A DNA stretch of 64,000 bases from Camelus ferus (Eukaryota), in NCBI RefSeq assembly GCF_009834535.1, contig NC_045697.1:114516001-114580000 (forward strand), given 5' to 3'. The notes under the pieces were generated by a model. The model was not told the DNA's origin. It worked only from the letters and a program-made list of their open reading frames with translations, and searched no databases. Both the position numbers and the translations under genes were made by a program. Of the stretch, positions 41,686 through 55,828 are shown piece after piece (the first letter of the stretch is position 1; the number at the start of each line of letters is the position of its first letter).

Positions 41686-42141
41686 TTGTATCCATGTTTT
41701 GGTTTCTCTCTACTTCTGATAGAAAGCCATGGGAAATCACCAAAAGAAAAATTCAGTTACCCAACAAATAGACACATCATTGCACATGATTTAGCTTTGT
41801 CTCATCTGCCTGATGGACATTCATTTATCAATATGATGATGAATTTTGTGTGATGTACTTCCTTTTCTGTGTAATAGAGAAGTGAATTTACAAAGATATG
41901 GTTGCATTTTTAAATCGATGTTACAGTTCATATTTTTGCCAATTATCATTAAGATATTCTTATTAGGATTTTGCAAAATGCTGACATTTGAACTTGGCCT
42001 GAGTTCCTCCCAGAGAGGAGAGCCACTCTCATCACCACCTATTCAATGTATTGTAATAGCATTCTTGTATCGTTTTTGCCCATATAGGAATGAATATAAC
42101 ACTGTATTAGTGAGTATGGAAAGTTGAAATGTTTGAGGTCT

Positions 42142-42658
42142 ATAAATGTTCATGACAGATGATTGGATAAATAAGATGTGATACACACATGCACACATAT
42201 ATACACAATGGAATATTACTCAGCCATTAAAAAGAATGAAACAATGCCATTTGCAGCAACATGGATAGACCTAGAGATTATCATATTAAGTGAAGTAAGT
42301 CAGAAAGAGAAAGACAAATATTATATGATATCACATATATGTGGAATCTGAAAAAAATGATGCAAATGAAGTTATTTACAAAACACAGACTCACAGATGT
42401 AGAAAACAAACTTATGGTTACCAAAGGGGAAAGTGGGGGTAAGGATAAATTAGGAGTTTGGGATTAGCAGATACACAGTACTGTACATAAAATAGATAAG
42501 CAACAAGGACCTACTATATAGCACAGGGAACTATATTCGATATCTTGTAATAACTATAATGAAAAAATATGAAAAAACATATATTTGTATAACTGAAACA
42601 TTATGCTTTACACCAAAAACTAGCACAATGTTGTAAATCATATATACATCAATTAAAA
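42142..42658 (+). mobile_element. L1 3' end (ORF2 end + 3'UTR + tail)
   Basis: caatggaatattactcagccattaaaaagaatgaa...; perfect 15-bp TSD aaatgtttgaggtct 42127-42141 / 42659-42673. Confidence 0.95.
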
Positions 42659-44753
42659 AAATGTTTGAGGTCTGTACCCTCAGAAAACATGTTGGCATGT
42701 TTTATCTTTAAGTATTTACAAAAAAGTAAAAAAGTGATAACTTCCAATGATATCACTCTGAAGGTTCTGCAGAAGTGCTTTAAGTGATGAAAAGGGGGAG
42801 AATTTGTATATTGACAATTTCTGATACTATGTGTTTTGATAATGTATTCGAAACAATGTAAAGCAGTGCTTAGCAATATTAGTGAATCTGAAACAAACTA
42901 GTATTTTATTCTCTTTTTCAAGTAAATTTTGATGAGGGGAACTGCTTCAGATATGTTATATGAGCCATTATTTGGTTCTTGTGTACATTTGTTTCCCTTG
43001 AATTAAACTGAAAATTATCTCTTATAAAAGTTGGAGTTGTAAGAATTCTGAAAGAGTGCAGAATTCAACTTGGAAAAATAAAAAGGGAGATTCATAAATT
43101 AGAGTTGTGGCTCACAGTCAATTAAATTTAAACTGTTCTTTGTGCACCCAAATAGATGCTTTCCAAGAGTTTGATATATTTGTCAAGCAATTTATTATTG
43201 TTTTCAGAATGCCTATCATGTGCTTAGCAATAAAGAGATTAAAAATCATGATATACTGTCACAATTATTACATGTTTTTATGGAAAATAAGTAGAACTTA
43301 ATGGAAATGCAGCATATTTGAAAAGCATTTGCATCAAAGTAATATTTAGCTCTGACTGCAAGCATTATAATCATTCAGAGACCAAAGAAATAAGAATATG
43401 AACTGAAAATTATCCCACTTGAGATGGTGTCTAAAATATATATAATGTTTTTATACTAATTGGATGAGGATCAAACGTCCTTTCATTGGCATTGAGTGTT
43501 ATGATGAATAAATATGCTTTTGTTGTTTTCAAGTTGTTGGTAAATTATTACTAATCGATAATTTGATATGTAACATTTGCTTTTATTTATCTCATTCTCC
43601 TATTCCCTATCATTGTATCTGATATACTATTGTCAACTTTGTGTATTTTTTAAAAATACACTATTAATTCAATTATTTGGGTCCAAATTCCTGTGTCTAT
43701 GACACTAATATGGTTAATAGTATATAGTTCTGGGTATTTTTTTCTCCTACAAGTATATTGTGTCATTAGGATAAAATAGCTATCAGGGAGAGGAGTCTAA
43801 ATTTGTCTGAATAAAGTGAGTGCCATGAGTCATTTTGTGTTTGTATGTTTAACTGATACACTCTCAGAACTTAACATCTCTTTAGGGTCAAAATGATTAC
43901 TACATATCTGAAGTTGGAGCTATTAATCATTACAAGAACATTCATATAATGTGAACACATATAAGGCAACGTTTTATTTAAGTTATTTCTATAACTTATG
44001 AGAAACACTGAAAAGTATGCTTGAGGATATTTTTAAACATCTTGATTTCATCTAGAGGGTGTATAGTGAAATGCACAAGTGTTTTGCCAATACTTGTGAG
44101 AAGACAAAATTAAATTATCACAATTCTACCTGCATACAGAGCCCCATTTGGAATGAATGTGAATGATCATCATGCTTCCTACTGTGTTTCACAGCAACTC
44201 TTCCTATTACTAAAGTGAAGAATAAGAATGGAAGGTAGCATGCATTTCCAAAAATAGATGTTTAAATATGTAAAGTGTTTTTAACATAATGAGGATTTAT
44301 TACACATCAGGAGAACCTGAGGGTAGATGTGGTCTTTTCTCTTACCAATTCATGGAACGTTTTTCTGCCCAAATGTGGCATGTGTTCTGAGATTGCTTTT
44401 TCTATGAATTGCGTTTTTCCAAATTTGAGACTATTTTCTGACTATTGTGCTTGGTACATAGTCCAGGCCAGGCAGAAGATCTGATGCATAATATATGTTT
44501 AATTAGTATAAGTCTTCTTCCTCTGATCCCCCATCACACTAATCTGCTTTTCTTTCAGATGGCCATTTCAAATAATTTATATTTCCCATGTCTGAAAAAT
44601 GTCTAGACAGGTGTCAGGATTTTATATCCTTAGTGACTCTAGACTGGTAGGCACTTAATTCATGTTTCTCATAGGAATGGAAATAAAGAAAGAAGGAACT
44701 GTTACACTCTTTCCTAAACCAGACTAGTAGTATTGAATGAAGACTGTATTTCT

Positions 44754-45476
44754 TTTTTTTTTAATTGAAGTATAATCAGTTTACAATGTTGTGTCAATTT
44801 CTAGTGTACAGCATAATGTTTCAGTCAGACATATACATACATCTACTCCCTTTCATATTCTTTTTCAGTATAGGTTACTAAAAGATATTGAATATAGTTC
44901 CCTGTGCTATATGGAAGAAACTTGTTGTGTGTCTATTTTATATATAGTAGTTAGTATCTACCAATATCAAACTCTTGATTTATCCTGTCCCACCCCATTT
45001 CCCCCTAGTAATCATAAGTTTGCTCTCTCTGTCTGTGAATCTGTTTCTGTTTTGTGAATAAGTACATTTGTGTCTCTCTTTTTTTTTTAAGAGTCCACCT
45101 GTAAGTGATATCATATGGTATTTTTCTTTCTCTTTCTGGCTTACTTCACTTAGAATGATGATCTCCACATCCATCCATATTGCTGCAAATGGCATGATTT
45201 TATTCTTTTTTATGGCTGAGTAGTATTCCATGGTGTAAATACAACTTCTTTATCCAGTCATCTGTCAATGGACATTTAGGTTGTTTCCATGTCTTGGCTA
45301 TTGTAAATAGTGCTGCTATGAACATTGGGGTGCATGTGTCTTTTCAAATTAGAGTTCCCTCCAGATATATGCCCAGGAGTGGGATTGCTGAATCACATGG
45401 TAAGTCTATTTTTAATTTTTTTAAGGAATCTCCATGCTGTTTTCCATAATGGCTACACCAAACTACATTCTCACCA
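44754..45476 (-). mobile_element. L1 3' end, antisense
   Basis: ORF 44980..45231 (-) MEYYSAIKKNKIMPFAAIWMD is the L1 ORF2 C-terminus; TSD-like aagactgtatttctt / aagactatttctt. Confidence 0.95.
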
Positions 45477-48400
45477 AGACTATTTCTTATGCACCTGATT
45501 TCTCAGCATCTTACATAGTGTGGGACATGCAGTGAGTTGGACATTAAGTATAGGGAATGGTGTGAAAGCTGTAAACTGCAGTAAGAAGGACTTATGTCTC
45601 CTATCAGACAGATCTAAGCCTTAATGTCCCAGCAACACTCTTTTCCTTTGGCTCTTGTGATCTCAGCCAGCTGACTTCATTTCTTTCTAGGGATAGGAAT
45701 CATATAGTGTTTGAATGTTAAGTTGCCCGTAACAGCTGTGTCCAGATTACTCATAATCTACATTGGAACAAGAGCTTCCCTGAGATTAGCAGTGGTTTTG
45801 CTGAAAGTCTTTATTTTTCTCTGCTTGATTTCTTCTCATCTTTTTCTCCTTTTTTTTTTTTGGTCTATAATTCTCAGGTTTGTTTACTCTGTGAGGTAAA
45901 TGGAAACTAAAGACTTTAAGAGAAACAAAATTACTTCCTAAATCTGTATTAAAAGATAAACTTGTAGCTTAAAAAAAAAATCATCCATCTTCACAAAATT
46001 GGGAATGTTGTTCACTTTTTAAGACCGTTTGAAATTCTCAGCACTTTAAAACTTCTTCAGAGCCTAACAGCAGGTGCCTTTTACAGTGGCCTGATGAATT
46101 TGAATTTCAGGAGACTAATTTTCATTTAAAAACTGCCTGAGAATGAGGGCCCACTTACTCATTCTCACAACTCAGCTGAATTCCATCCCATCCTGAGTGA
46201 CACAGCCCAGGCCACACACCATTCTTTCTATTTTATACTAGAGGGTAAGAGCTTCTTAGTGAAAAATCCCTTCTGTGGGGTTTGCTTATCACTCCTTCTC
46301 TATAGCAATCTGAAAATAACCTGAGCCCTAGGCTGGGTACACATCTAGGCTCAGCCACACCAGTGCCACCGATGTTTGTGCTAAATCAGAATGGTCTCCA
46401 AACAGCTGAGTTCTGGCCAATGAAGCAAGTTTGCGTCCTTTCTTTCCTCATTCTTGAATTTGATTGCTTGTGCAGAAAAACCCCAGACCAGCAGGCAACT
46501 ATTCTTTAAAAATTGCGTGTGTGAACCCCTGTTGTGAATACAATTTAGTTTCACTAAACTACTCTTCCTGGAAGATGAGAGAGTGTATTACACTCCTGTC
46601 TCCCCATTAGTTCCTGCACTTCTGAAAGGGATTGACTAAACGCTGATTGACTAAACCTTTATTTTTAAAAGGCTATTAAAACACGTAATGGATACTTTTA
46701 ATACACCAGAGTGTGAGTTGGTGAATTCATCCCCCAAATATTTAGAAAAAGTATAAAGTACTTGAAATTGACGTAATAACACAAACGATTTTCTGATGTT
46801 TATTGAAGTACATTGATCTCAATCACTCTAAAATTATATGCTTATTTGCTTTTAAGTAAGAATAAAACATTTTATATCTTACATTCTGTTATTTTTTACA
46901 AAAATAGTTCTGTTGAATATTTAATAAATGATGTGTGTTTCACATTAGTAATTCATCAGGCATTTCAGTTAACTGGCAATGTGTATTAGGTAGACACTCA
47001 TTTTTCAGACTGGCAGTTCATAGAGAATTTTCTTTAAAAACCTTAAATTTCAATAAGTGATTAACAAACCATGAATCATAGTTCTAAAGTTGAAGAGATT
47101 ATGCAGTACAAAAGGACCGTGTTTTGTAATGACATGAGAAATATTAATTTCTTATATGAAGAATTTAAATTTGGAATTATGTCTTATTCTATGTACAAAA
47201 TATCCAGATAGGTAAAATGAAAAGAGACTGTAAAAAATGAAAATATGTATGTAATTCTCAGAAGAATCAATTATGTCTATTAATATTATAAAAAATGAAA
47301 TAAGTTATTATTTTTTCATCAAAGTGCTCTACAGATGTCAAGCAAAATGTTTCACTTTCCTAAAAATTTGATTTCACAGAACTGTTATTATATCATTACA
47401 TGTAAATAGATATATTTGAATAGTATTATAGTTCCACTACTCTTAATTTTTTAATGATATGGCTAATGCATGGGAATTTAATAATTTTGTTATCAATTTT
47501 TTAAAGTAGCCAGATATTAAATACTAATTTAAAAATAAATTTTCTTTCAGAAAAAATAGTTGTGTTTCAATGATTGGATTAAACATCAAAGCAACTAAAT
47601 TTTTAAAAGAATAGATATTTACATAAATTATTGTTTTATTTTTGGAACCACTCTGAAGACAGTAATTAAATGTCAATTTCTTATAATATGTGTAAAGATT
47701 ACAATTTACAGTACAGCTGCCACTAGTATTTGCATATAAGAAATGAAAAACAGTAGATTTGCCAGTAATTTATCATGTTATCATTTTTTTTTTTATTTTG
47801 TGTAAGTATTTAGAGGGGTGAGGATACTTGAAAGAATAAGAAGAGGAACTAATGAGGAGGCAGAATGACAACCAATGAGTGAAGAAACATTTCCACTGGA
47901 TGTCCCTGAAAAATCTTAGGTCATACTTCCAAAAAGGATTTATTTTGGGGAGTTAGCGGACGAAAGTAAGAACTACATGGGGGCCAATGTGGTCAGAGCA
48001 GGGGAATTTGATAAAGTTTAGTACAAGATACTAAGAAAGCCATCAAGTAAAGCTACCAGAAATGCAAAAATCAGCAGAAGTCTCTTTTAGAGCTTTTGAC
48101 TTGTCATGAAAAAAACAGGTGGAAGATAAGAAAAAGGATTAACAGCAAGATGTTTTTACCTCGGTTGCAAGGGCACAGCTAACATTTGGGCTATTTAAGG
48201 CTTTACGTAGAAATTCTTTAAAATTTCACGGACTAAAATAATACCTTTGATAAATTTAAAACACATGATGAAAAAAGACATATTTACAGCCTGACCCTCA
48301 TAGCACCTGCAAATCACGCCTCTCCCATCTCTTGTCCACTCTCAGATTGAAGTGCAACTAGGAACAGATTTAATCCCATTTCATTCAAGTCTGCCAGTGT

Positions 48401-48780
48401 CAATTGGCACAGAGGACACTTACAGTAAATGCAAGAAGGCAGTTATTTCTGATGTACATGTCTACTCCAGGACTAGTTCTATAAGTAGAAAGGAAACTTA
48501 GCAACTGAGGTAACACTATTGCTATCAGAGATGCTTTGAAAGGCTTACTTACTCTTGAAATCACGCCCCCAGCACTACCATTTGATCTTATTGCCTAGAA
48601 TTTCAAACCACTTCTCCCATTTCTTTGGGTTATATTTTCCTAGACATCTACCTCTAAAGTGCTCCTATTTCTTGAGGCAAAAATGGAACGGATGGGAATT
48701 TGACATTTTTATGATTATTTTTCTTCATGGATGATCGATTGATTACATAGTGTCTTAAAATTAATTGTTGTTCATTAGAC

Positions 48781-48800
48781 GTGTGTGTGTGTGTGTGTGT
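48781..48800. repeat. (GT)10 microsatellite
   Basis: Direct reading. Confidence 0.9.
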
Positions 48801-49803
48801 ATTTCAGTCAATGATTACATGATAAGCAATAAGATAAATAAGTATATTTGTAAATCCCAGTGATGAGGAGAGCTTGACGGCAACTGGTACTTATATAAAC
48901 ATTCGAAAAATGCCAGGCGCCACACTTTTGTCTTCCTCTACATTTGACCTGCTAACCAAAACAAAGAAACAAACAGCAAATAATGTTCCAGTAGTTTCCT
49001 TGTGAAAACTCCTCTCTCTCCCATCACGTACCCCAAGATGAAATTAGTTCCAATGAATATCTCAGATTGCATAATTCAGGATCCTGTGGAAAGTGGACCT
49101 CAATAGTATTCTTCAATTTGGGTGGGCTGGAAAGGACAACGTTAACTGGAGGCACTCTTTTAGAGCCCTCAAAATTCGAATGAGTGCTGGCAATCAAATA
49201 TAGCAATAGGGGACTGAGGACTTATCCAGGGTCAGATCCGCCATGATCCCCATACAACCAATGGCTATGTCTGCACTGCAGGGAATAAAGAAAAATGAAA
49301 TAGCAGGTAGCAGGCATCGTTCTGCTGGCCTGGAGAGAGGTCTGGAGCACTGCTTTTCCATTATAAATTACAGCAAGAAAATGATTAAGAAGGGATTGGG
49401 TTTGATATATGTTTCCTTAAAGCTTCTCCAAGGGAAAAATAAACATTCTGGGAAAGTGAAAGTTAAAGTAAAGTATGTCACCATCCCTCATATTTTATCA
49501 AATCTGTTAAAGCCAAATTATATATATGGCTGGCCATATATCAAGACAGCTCTGCACTTGTGACTTGATTCATGGACAGGCCAGGTGCATAGAGATAGTT
49601 TCAGCACTAAAATTACCTGGTTGCATTGAAATCCAAGCACATCGGAAATTGAAAACATCAGTTGTTCCATGACATTTTAGGAAAACTATGCTCTCAGAGT
49701 GATAAGCAGCAACTGAGATTCTTTCCAAAAATGGGTCTTAGATAAAGATCTCGCAAAGTCACAATTCAGAGTAGTTCAGGGTTTCTTTTCTCCCTTCATT
49801 CTT

Positions 49804-49980
49804 TTTTTTCCCATTTTTTTTTAAGTTGAAGTATAGTCCGTTTACAGTGTTGTGTCAGTTTCAGGTGTATGGCATAATGTTTCAGTCATACATGTACATA
49901 CATGCATTCATTTTCATTATAGGTCACTACAAGATGTTGACTATAGTTCCCTGTACTATCAGAAGAAACTTGTTTATTTA
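49804..49980 (-). mobile_element. L1 3' tail, antisense
   Basis: ttgaagtatagtc..tttacagtgttgtgtca.tttc...atagttccctgt; TSD ctcccttcattctt 49790-49803 / ctcccatcattctt 49981-49994. Confidence 0.9.
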
Positions 49981-50733
49981 CTCCCATCATTCTTAGATAC
50001 TAATTCCTCCCACAAAGACAAATAAACTGACAAACAAAAGGGATTCCAAATATCCCAGGAGCTGGAACTTTTTCTCTCTATTCTCTTAAATAGTGAATGT
50101 TGGAAACACGCAAATTCTGAAACCGTGACCTTCCCTTTCCCAGTGTCTCTGAGCCTCTTTTTCCCCAGTCCACTCTACACAAACACAAACTCCTGATTGT
50201 CAGGATCTGCCACCTCTCGGGGTCATTACATTCCCAGAGCCCAGGGCACTATCTGAAAAAGAGAAAAGCCCAGTCATAAATTGTTTATTAAGCAAATTAC
50301 ATACTTTTACGAGTACATGTGCACACACATATGTAAATCATTGCTGACAAATCTTCCTGCATGCTTACATGGGTGCAAAGTTTCTTCTACATAAACACAA
50401 TTTTCTTCATCTTATTTCAAAGAAGTGAATGCAATATACCCTTCGAGCTTTGACTTGTAATGCCATTCTTCTGCTTTCATTACAGTTACTGGATTTGCTT
50501 TTAAGCTGTACTTTCAACCTTCTTTAGCATATTAGTACAGCCCACACAGGGAGTGTAAAATGCTTAAGACATAATATCGCTGCGTGCTTGCAGCCTAGTG
50601 TTGTGTGTGTGTGTGTATTTGGTTTATCTTCACTGCTTCCTGTGTTAGAGAGCTGTGTCTGCTTCCCCACTTGGTCTCTACCCCATATGAACTATCTCCA
50701 TCTCAATCTTGAAAAGAAAGGGCCTATTGCCTG

Positions 50734-51252
50734 TGTTAATGAGTCAAAACTCATTCTACTCGCCACACGACAGGCTAATAAGTTGGGAGGTGAGGTGTTG
50801 GAGCAAGGAATAACAACTTCATTTAGAAAGCCAGCACACCAAGAAGATGGGGGACTAATGTCCTGGAGAACCATCTTCCCCCTGTCAGAATTCAGGCTCC
50901 CTTTATATTGAAAAGGGGAGGGGGTGTGGTTGCTTGTGGCAAACTTCTTGGTGTCAGAATCCTTTGTTCTTGCAGCTGTCTACATCGGTCAGGTCATGAT
51001 ATTCCTGGAAACCTCCAACAGGACATATGCTATTTTCTGTCCTGCAACTTTTTATCTCTATGAATGGAAAAGTGTTGCACCCTTAAAGGACAGAGCTTTG
51101 AGAGTGGACTATCCTGTACATTTCAGGGTCTAGGCAACATTCTTTTTTACAAAAGGTGCAGAATCAGCATGACTGAGCCCAGGAAACAGAGCACAGGGTT
51201 GGAGCTAAAGGACAGATCCAATATGGAGTCATATTTGTTCTTTTCTATTACA
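50734..51252 (-). mobile_element. ERV1-class solo LTR, copy 1
   Basis: TG...CA ends (tgttaatgag...tctattaca), 519 bp, colinear with the copy at 52121. Confidence 0.88.
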
Positions 51253-52120
51253 CCCCAAGTGGATGAACCTCTTTTGAAAGAACATTCCCTTAGATGAGTA
51301 TCCTGTATTAACTGCAATGTTTTTGTCATATGGGAAATAAGGTTGGGTTTAAACGCAAGGTATATTTGAAACACAAGGATTTCATTATTTTAAAAAAGGA
51401 AAAGTTTTGCACAGTTATATTAGTAGACTCCCAAGTTCTACAAGTTAATAAAACCTCTAACTAGATTTGCTCTGTGGCATTTTTTCCTGAAGAAATCAAT
51501 GGAGCAATAATGACATGTAATTAGAAACACTCTACATTGCAGATCTGCCTCCTGAGTTTTATTATGCAAAGTAAGATAGCTCTTGCTTCTTCCCTCAGAG
51601 GTCCTCATGCCAACTCATCAAAGTGTTCTGTAAAACATAGGGTCGTCCATTTACGGGACCCAGTATTCTGCTTAGGAGAGAGCTGTGATGTATTCATAGC
51701 ACTTTTCTATGTACTTTTCCCCTTTGTCATATATGATTTGGGATTTTGCTAGAAATGGTAAATCAAACTTAGTTTACCCTGAATGAGTGAATGATAATGG
51801 CTACCTAGATTGCTTGGGTTTCTTTGTTTAGTAGTAAAAACAGACTCAAATAACAATTATGATGAATGAGGAAATACATCAGAAGTTACGATACAGTATG
51901 ATGTTTCACAAGAGGGAGGCAGGGCTTATCCTGAGACCTGAGGTAATTTCTTAAATGAATCTCATGTGTGCATTGCAGGATCTGTTTTATACATTTATTC
52001 AATTGATTAGACTATAACATTCTGAAACAGCAGATAAATCATTAATCAATTCTCACAAAACATGTATATAAAACAATAATGTGTACAAGATTTCTAATTC
52101 TTTCTATCTTTAAGTGGATA

Positions 52121-52632
52121 TGTTACCAAGTCCAAACTCATTCTGCTTGCCACGTGAAAGGCCAGTGAATCAGGAGACGAGGTGTTAGGGCAAGGAATAG
52201 TGACTTTATTTGGAAAGCCAGCAGACTGAGAAGATGGCAGACTAATGTCCTGGAGAACCATCTTCCCCCAGTCAGAATCCAGGCTCCTTTTATACTGAAA
52301 AAAGGAGGGGATGTGGTTGGTTGTGGCAAACTTCTTGGTGTAGGAATTCTTTGTTCTTGCAGCTGTCCATCTGGGTCAGATTATGGTGTACCTTCAACAA
52401 AACAAACGTTATTTTCTATTCCGCAACTTGTTACCTTTATATGAATGGAAAAGTGTTACACCCTTAAAGGTCAGAGCCTTGAGGATGGGCTCTCCTGTCT
52501 ATTTCAGGCTCCAGGCAACATCCTTTTACAAAAGGTGCAGAACTAGCGTGACGGAGCCCAGGAAACAGAGCACAGCATTAAAATCACAGGAACAGATCCA
52601 ATATGAAGTGAGATTTGTTCTTTTCTATTACA
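52121..52632 (-). mobile_element. ERV1-class solo LTR, copy 2
   Basis: TG...CA ends, 512 bp, perfect 4-bp TSD GATA (52117-52120 / 52633-52636); AATAAA and TATAAAA read on the - strand. Confidence 0.92.
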
Positions 52633-53649
52633 GATATATTATTTTTCTGTTGAAGGAAGGTGATATATTTTACCATAACATCTAATTCTCTGAATTCATG
52701 ATTTTTTCTTGATGAAATGTTTTATTAAAATGTTAAAACTTTAAATACAAGTATCATAACCAAAAAACTCCCTTTTGAATGGTGAACTCCTGTGTGACTG
52801 AACAAAGCAATGCTATTAAATAATTTTGTCTTTGAAAATACATGCATAAATTAATTATAGCAGTCAGAATATTTTGAAAAGTTTATGTGAATGTGGCTAA
52901 AATGCTTAGTTCACATCTACACCACATTCTTTTCTCTTTTTTTGGCATAAAAACAAATTTATTTTAAATGGAGTAATAGTGGTAGTGGTAGGGGGTGTCT
53001 TTAGAAGGACAACATTGGTGGCACTGATATCCTCTGTCTTTACAATGATTAGAGGCTGGAAAAACTATTCCGTGTGATTCCACTTGAGTTAATATTTTGT
53101 CCCATTTTAACTTAGTTGTCAACCTCTGGCTGTAGCCTCCCTATGGCTATTCATGTAGGAAAAAAGAAACTGGGTACTGTGAGTCAATCAGAGAATGTCT
53201 AGATAAATGCATTCCTTTCTTTAAATGAAAAATGCTCACTTGTTAACTTTCACTCGTTATGTTACAATGTTCCATCTCTTGCTACTTTTATTGAAAAAAA
53301 ATAATCAGGCAGCATGATGTCAGGTTTGGTTCAAGCAAAACTGAAGTACATGAAAAGAATATCACAGAGCCTTTAAATTTAACTATAACAAAAAACCCCA
53401 CCAAATTAGTACTTATATTGAGAAAACTTCTCTGAAGTCTAATCTGTCCTCAGTCGTGAGTAGACACATTCACCATAACCACTGAGTATATTAAAAATAT
53501 TAGGCAATAAACATTAAACTGCCAGGGTTTTATCCTTTGGTGTTTACACCAGTATGGTGTAGGGTATACAGGCCTCCAAAATGAATAGAAACAGTGTCGA
53601 GGGAAGTAAAAAATGGTAGTTGCCTTAAGTAACCCTTAAAACTGCTTGT

Positions 53650-54395
53650 GTGGAGAATAGGGAACCCTCTTACATTGTTGGTGGCAATGTCATTTGGTGT
53701 AGCCATTATGGGAAACAGTATGGAGATTCATCAAAAAACTAACAATAGCCTTACCATAAGATCTAGAATCCTACTCCTGGGCATATATCCAGAATGAATT
53801 TTAATTCAGAAAAGTACTTGCACCCCAATGTTCATAGCAGCACTATTTACAATAGCCAAGACATGGAAACAGCCTAAATGTCCATCAACAGATGACTGGA
53901 TAAAGAAGATGTGGTATATTTATATAATGGAATACTACTCAACCATAAGAAGAATAAAATAATAGCATCTGCAGCAACATGGATGGACCTGGAGATTATC
54001 ATTCTAAGTGAAATAAGGCAGAAAGAGAAAGAAAAATACCGTATGATATCACTCACATGTGGAATCTAAAAAAAATAAAAAGGCAAATCAACTTATTCAT
54101 AAAACAGAAACAGACTCACAGAAATAGACAAGAAACTTATGGTTACCAGAGGATAAAGGGGGTGGAAAGAGATAAATTTAGAGTTCCAGATTTGCAGATA
54201 CTAACTACTATCTATAAAATAAACAACAAATTTCTTCTGTAGAGCACAGGGAGCTCTATTCAATACCTTGTAGTAAACTATAATGAAAAGAATATGAAAA
54301 TGAATAGATGTATATATGTGTATGACCGAACTGTTATGCTGTGCACCAGAAGTTGACACAACATTGTAAACTGACTATACTTCAATTAAAAAAAA
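53650..54395 (+). mobile_element. L1 3' end (ORF2 end + 3'UTR + A tail)
   Basis: Classic L1 text; TSD aaaactgcttgt 53638-53649 / 54396-54407. Confidence 0.95.
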
Positions 54396-55042
54396 AAAAC
54401 TGCTTGTTGAATTAGGTATGCTGAAAATCTCCTCTTTTTTGTTTAGACTGAAGTTAAATTTCTCCCTTTTTCCCTGTATTTTGGAAATTTCATTTCTTTT
54501 TTTTTTTTTGAGAGAAAAAGGGATAATGAAAAGGACTTGGATTTTTTTTTTCCATATTGACAACTGGTTTTCCAGAAAATGGTCTAAAATTACAGCAATT
54601 CATTTTTTGTCATGATGTAAAGCTTATTTTCAAGCTTATGTAATTTTCAATACCTAAATATAGCTTTTAGTTTTTTGGGAACAAAAAAGAATCAGAGTTT
54701 ACCTATACTATGACTGTGAAAGTAGCAGGCTGATTTATATAATTAAACCAAGAAAATCCTGACACAACCTAGATTTTTCCCTTAATAAGTCAAGATCATT
54801 TATCAGTTTTGAGTGAAAGGACACATTGCCTATGGTTTTAATTAGTTAAAGTATTCATTGTTAAAATTCTGCTTAAAAACTTAGTTGCATTACTATCAAA
54901 TACATAATTTTGATCCCTGAATAATTTTTAATTAAAAAAGAGCTCACCCGAACTCACTTAACTGATACATGAAAATAACAAGAACATGAGTTATTGGTTT
55001 ATATAGAAAAATGATGTTAAGAAATATAGATACATACATTTT

Positions 55043-55570
55043 ATTTTTTTTTAATTAAAAGACTTTATTCTTTTAGAGCAGGTTCAGGTTCACAGCAAAA
55101 CTGAGCAGAAAATACAGAGAGTTTGCACATAGCCCTCCCCACCCTCACATACTCCCCTGCCCTCAGCATCCCTCATCAATGTGGCATATTTGGTACAATC
55201 AGTGAACCAACATGAACACATATTATCAGCCAGAGTCCATAGTTTACATCAGGGCTCACTCTTCATGTACATTCTATGGCTTTTGACAAATGCATAATGA
55301 CATGTACCCACCACTATAATATCATACAGAATAATTTAATCGCCCTAAAAATCCCTTGTGCTCCATCTGTTCCTTCCTCCCTCCCTCCCTCTCCCCAAAC
55401 CCCTGGAAACCACAGTCTTTTTATTGTTCCTGTAGCTGTGCCTTTTCCAGAATGTCATTTAGTTGGAATCACACAGTTTGTAGCTTTTTCAGACTGGCTT
55501 CTTTCATTTAGTAATATGTCTTTTAAGTTTCTTCCATGTCTTTCATGGCTAGATGGCTCATTTCTTTTTT
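55043..55570 (-). mobile_element. Old L1 (L1MC-like) 3' end, antisense
   Basis: gactttatt.ttttagagcag.ttcaggttcacagcaaaactgagc...gccttttccagaatgtcat.tagttggaatca.acagt..gtagc.ttttcagactggcttctttca. Confidence 0.85.
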
Positions 55571-55696
55571 TTTTTTTTTTTTACTGCACATGTATTTTTT
55601 AATTTACATATATGTACTGTTCATTGTTTCTAAGAACGTTTAGAGCTTTAGCTTTTTAAACTTTCATAGTTGTCAAAGGAATAAAGTCAACCACAA

Positions 55697-55828
55697 AATA
55701 AGAACTAATTCAGAAAGATACATACACCCTGCTATTAACAGCAACATTATTTATAATTGCCAAGATACTGGGAGCATCCTAAGTGCACATCAGTAGTTGA
55801 ATAGATATCGAAGATGTGGCATATATAT
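55697..55828 (+). mobile_element. L1 ORF2-end fragment in opposite orientation to the upstream piece
   Basis: actaattcagaaagatacatacaccc...gcaacattatttataattgccaagata...cctaagtg..catca...gaagatgtgg. Confidence 0.8.

Noticed and set aside
46321..46354. Small hairpin ctgagcc(c)tag...ctaggctcag
   Set aside because: A 10-bp bulged stem is within chance expectation for 64 kb.
50734..52632. Intact or internally deleted provirus between the two LTRs
   Set aside because: The second LTR has its own TSD and no PBS, PPT or retroviral coding remnants were seen in the spacer.
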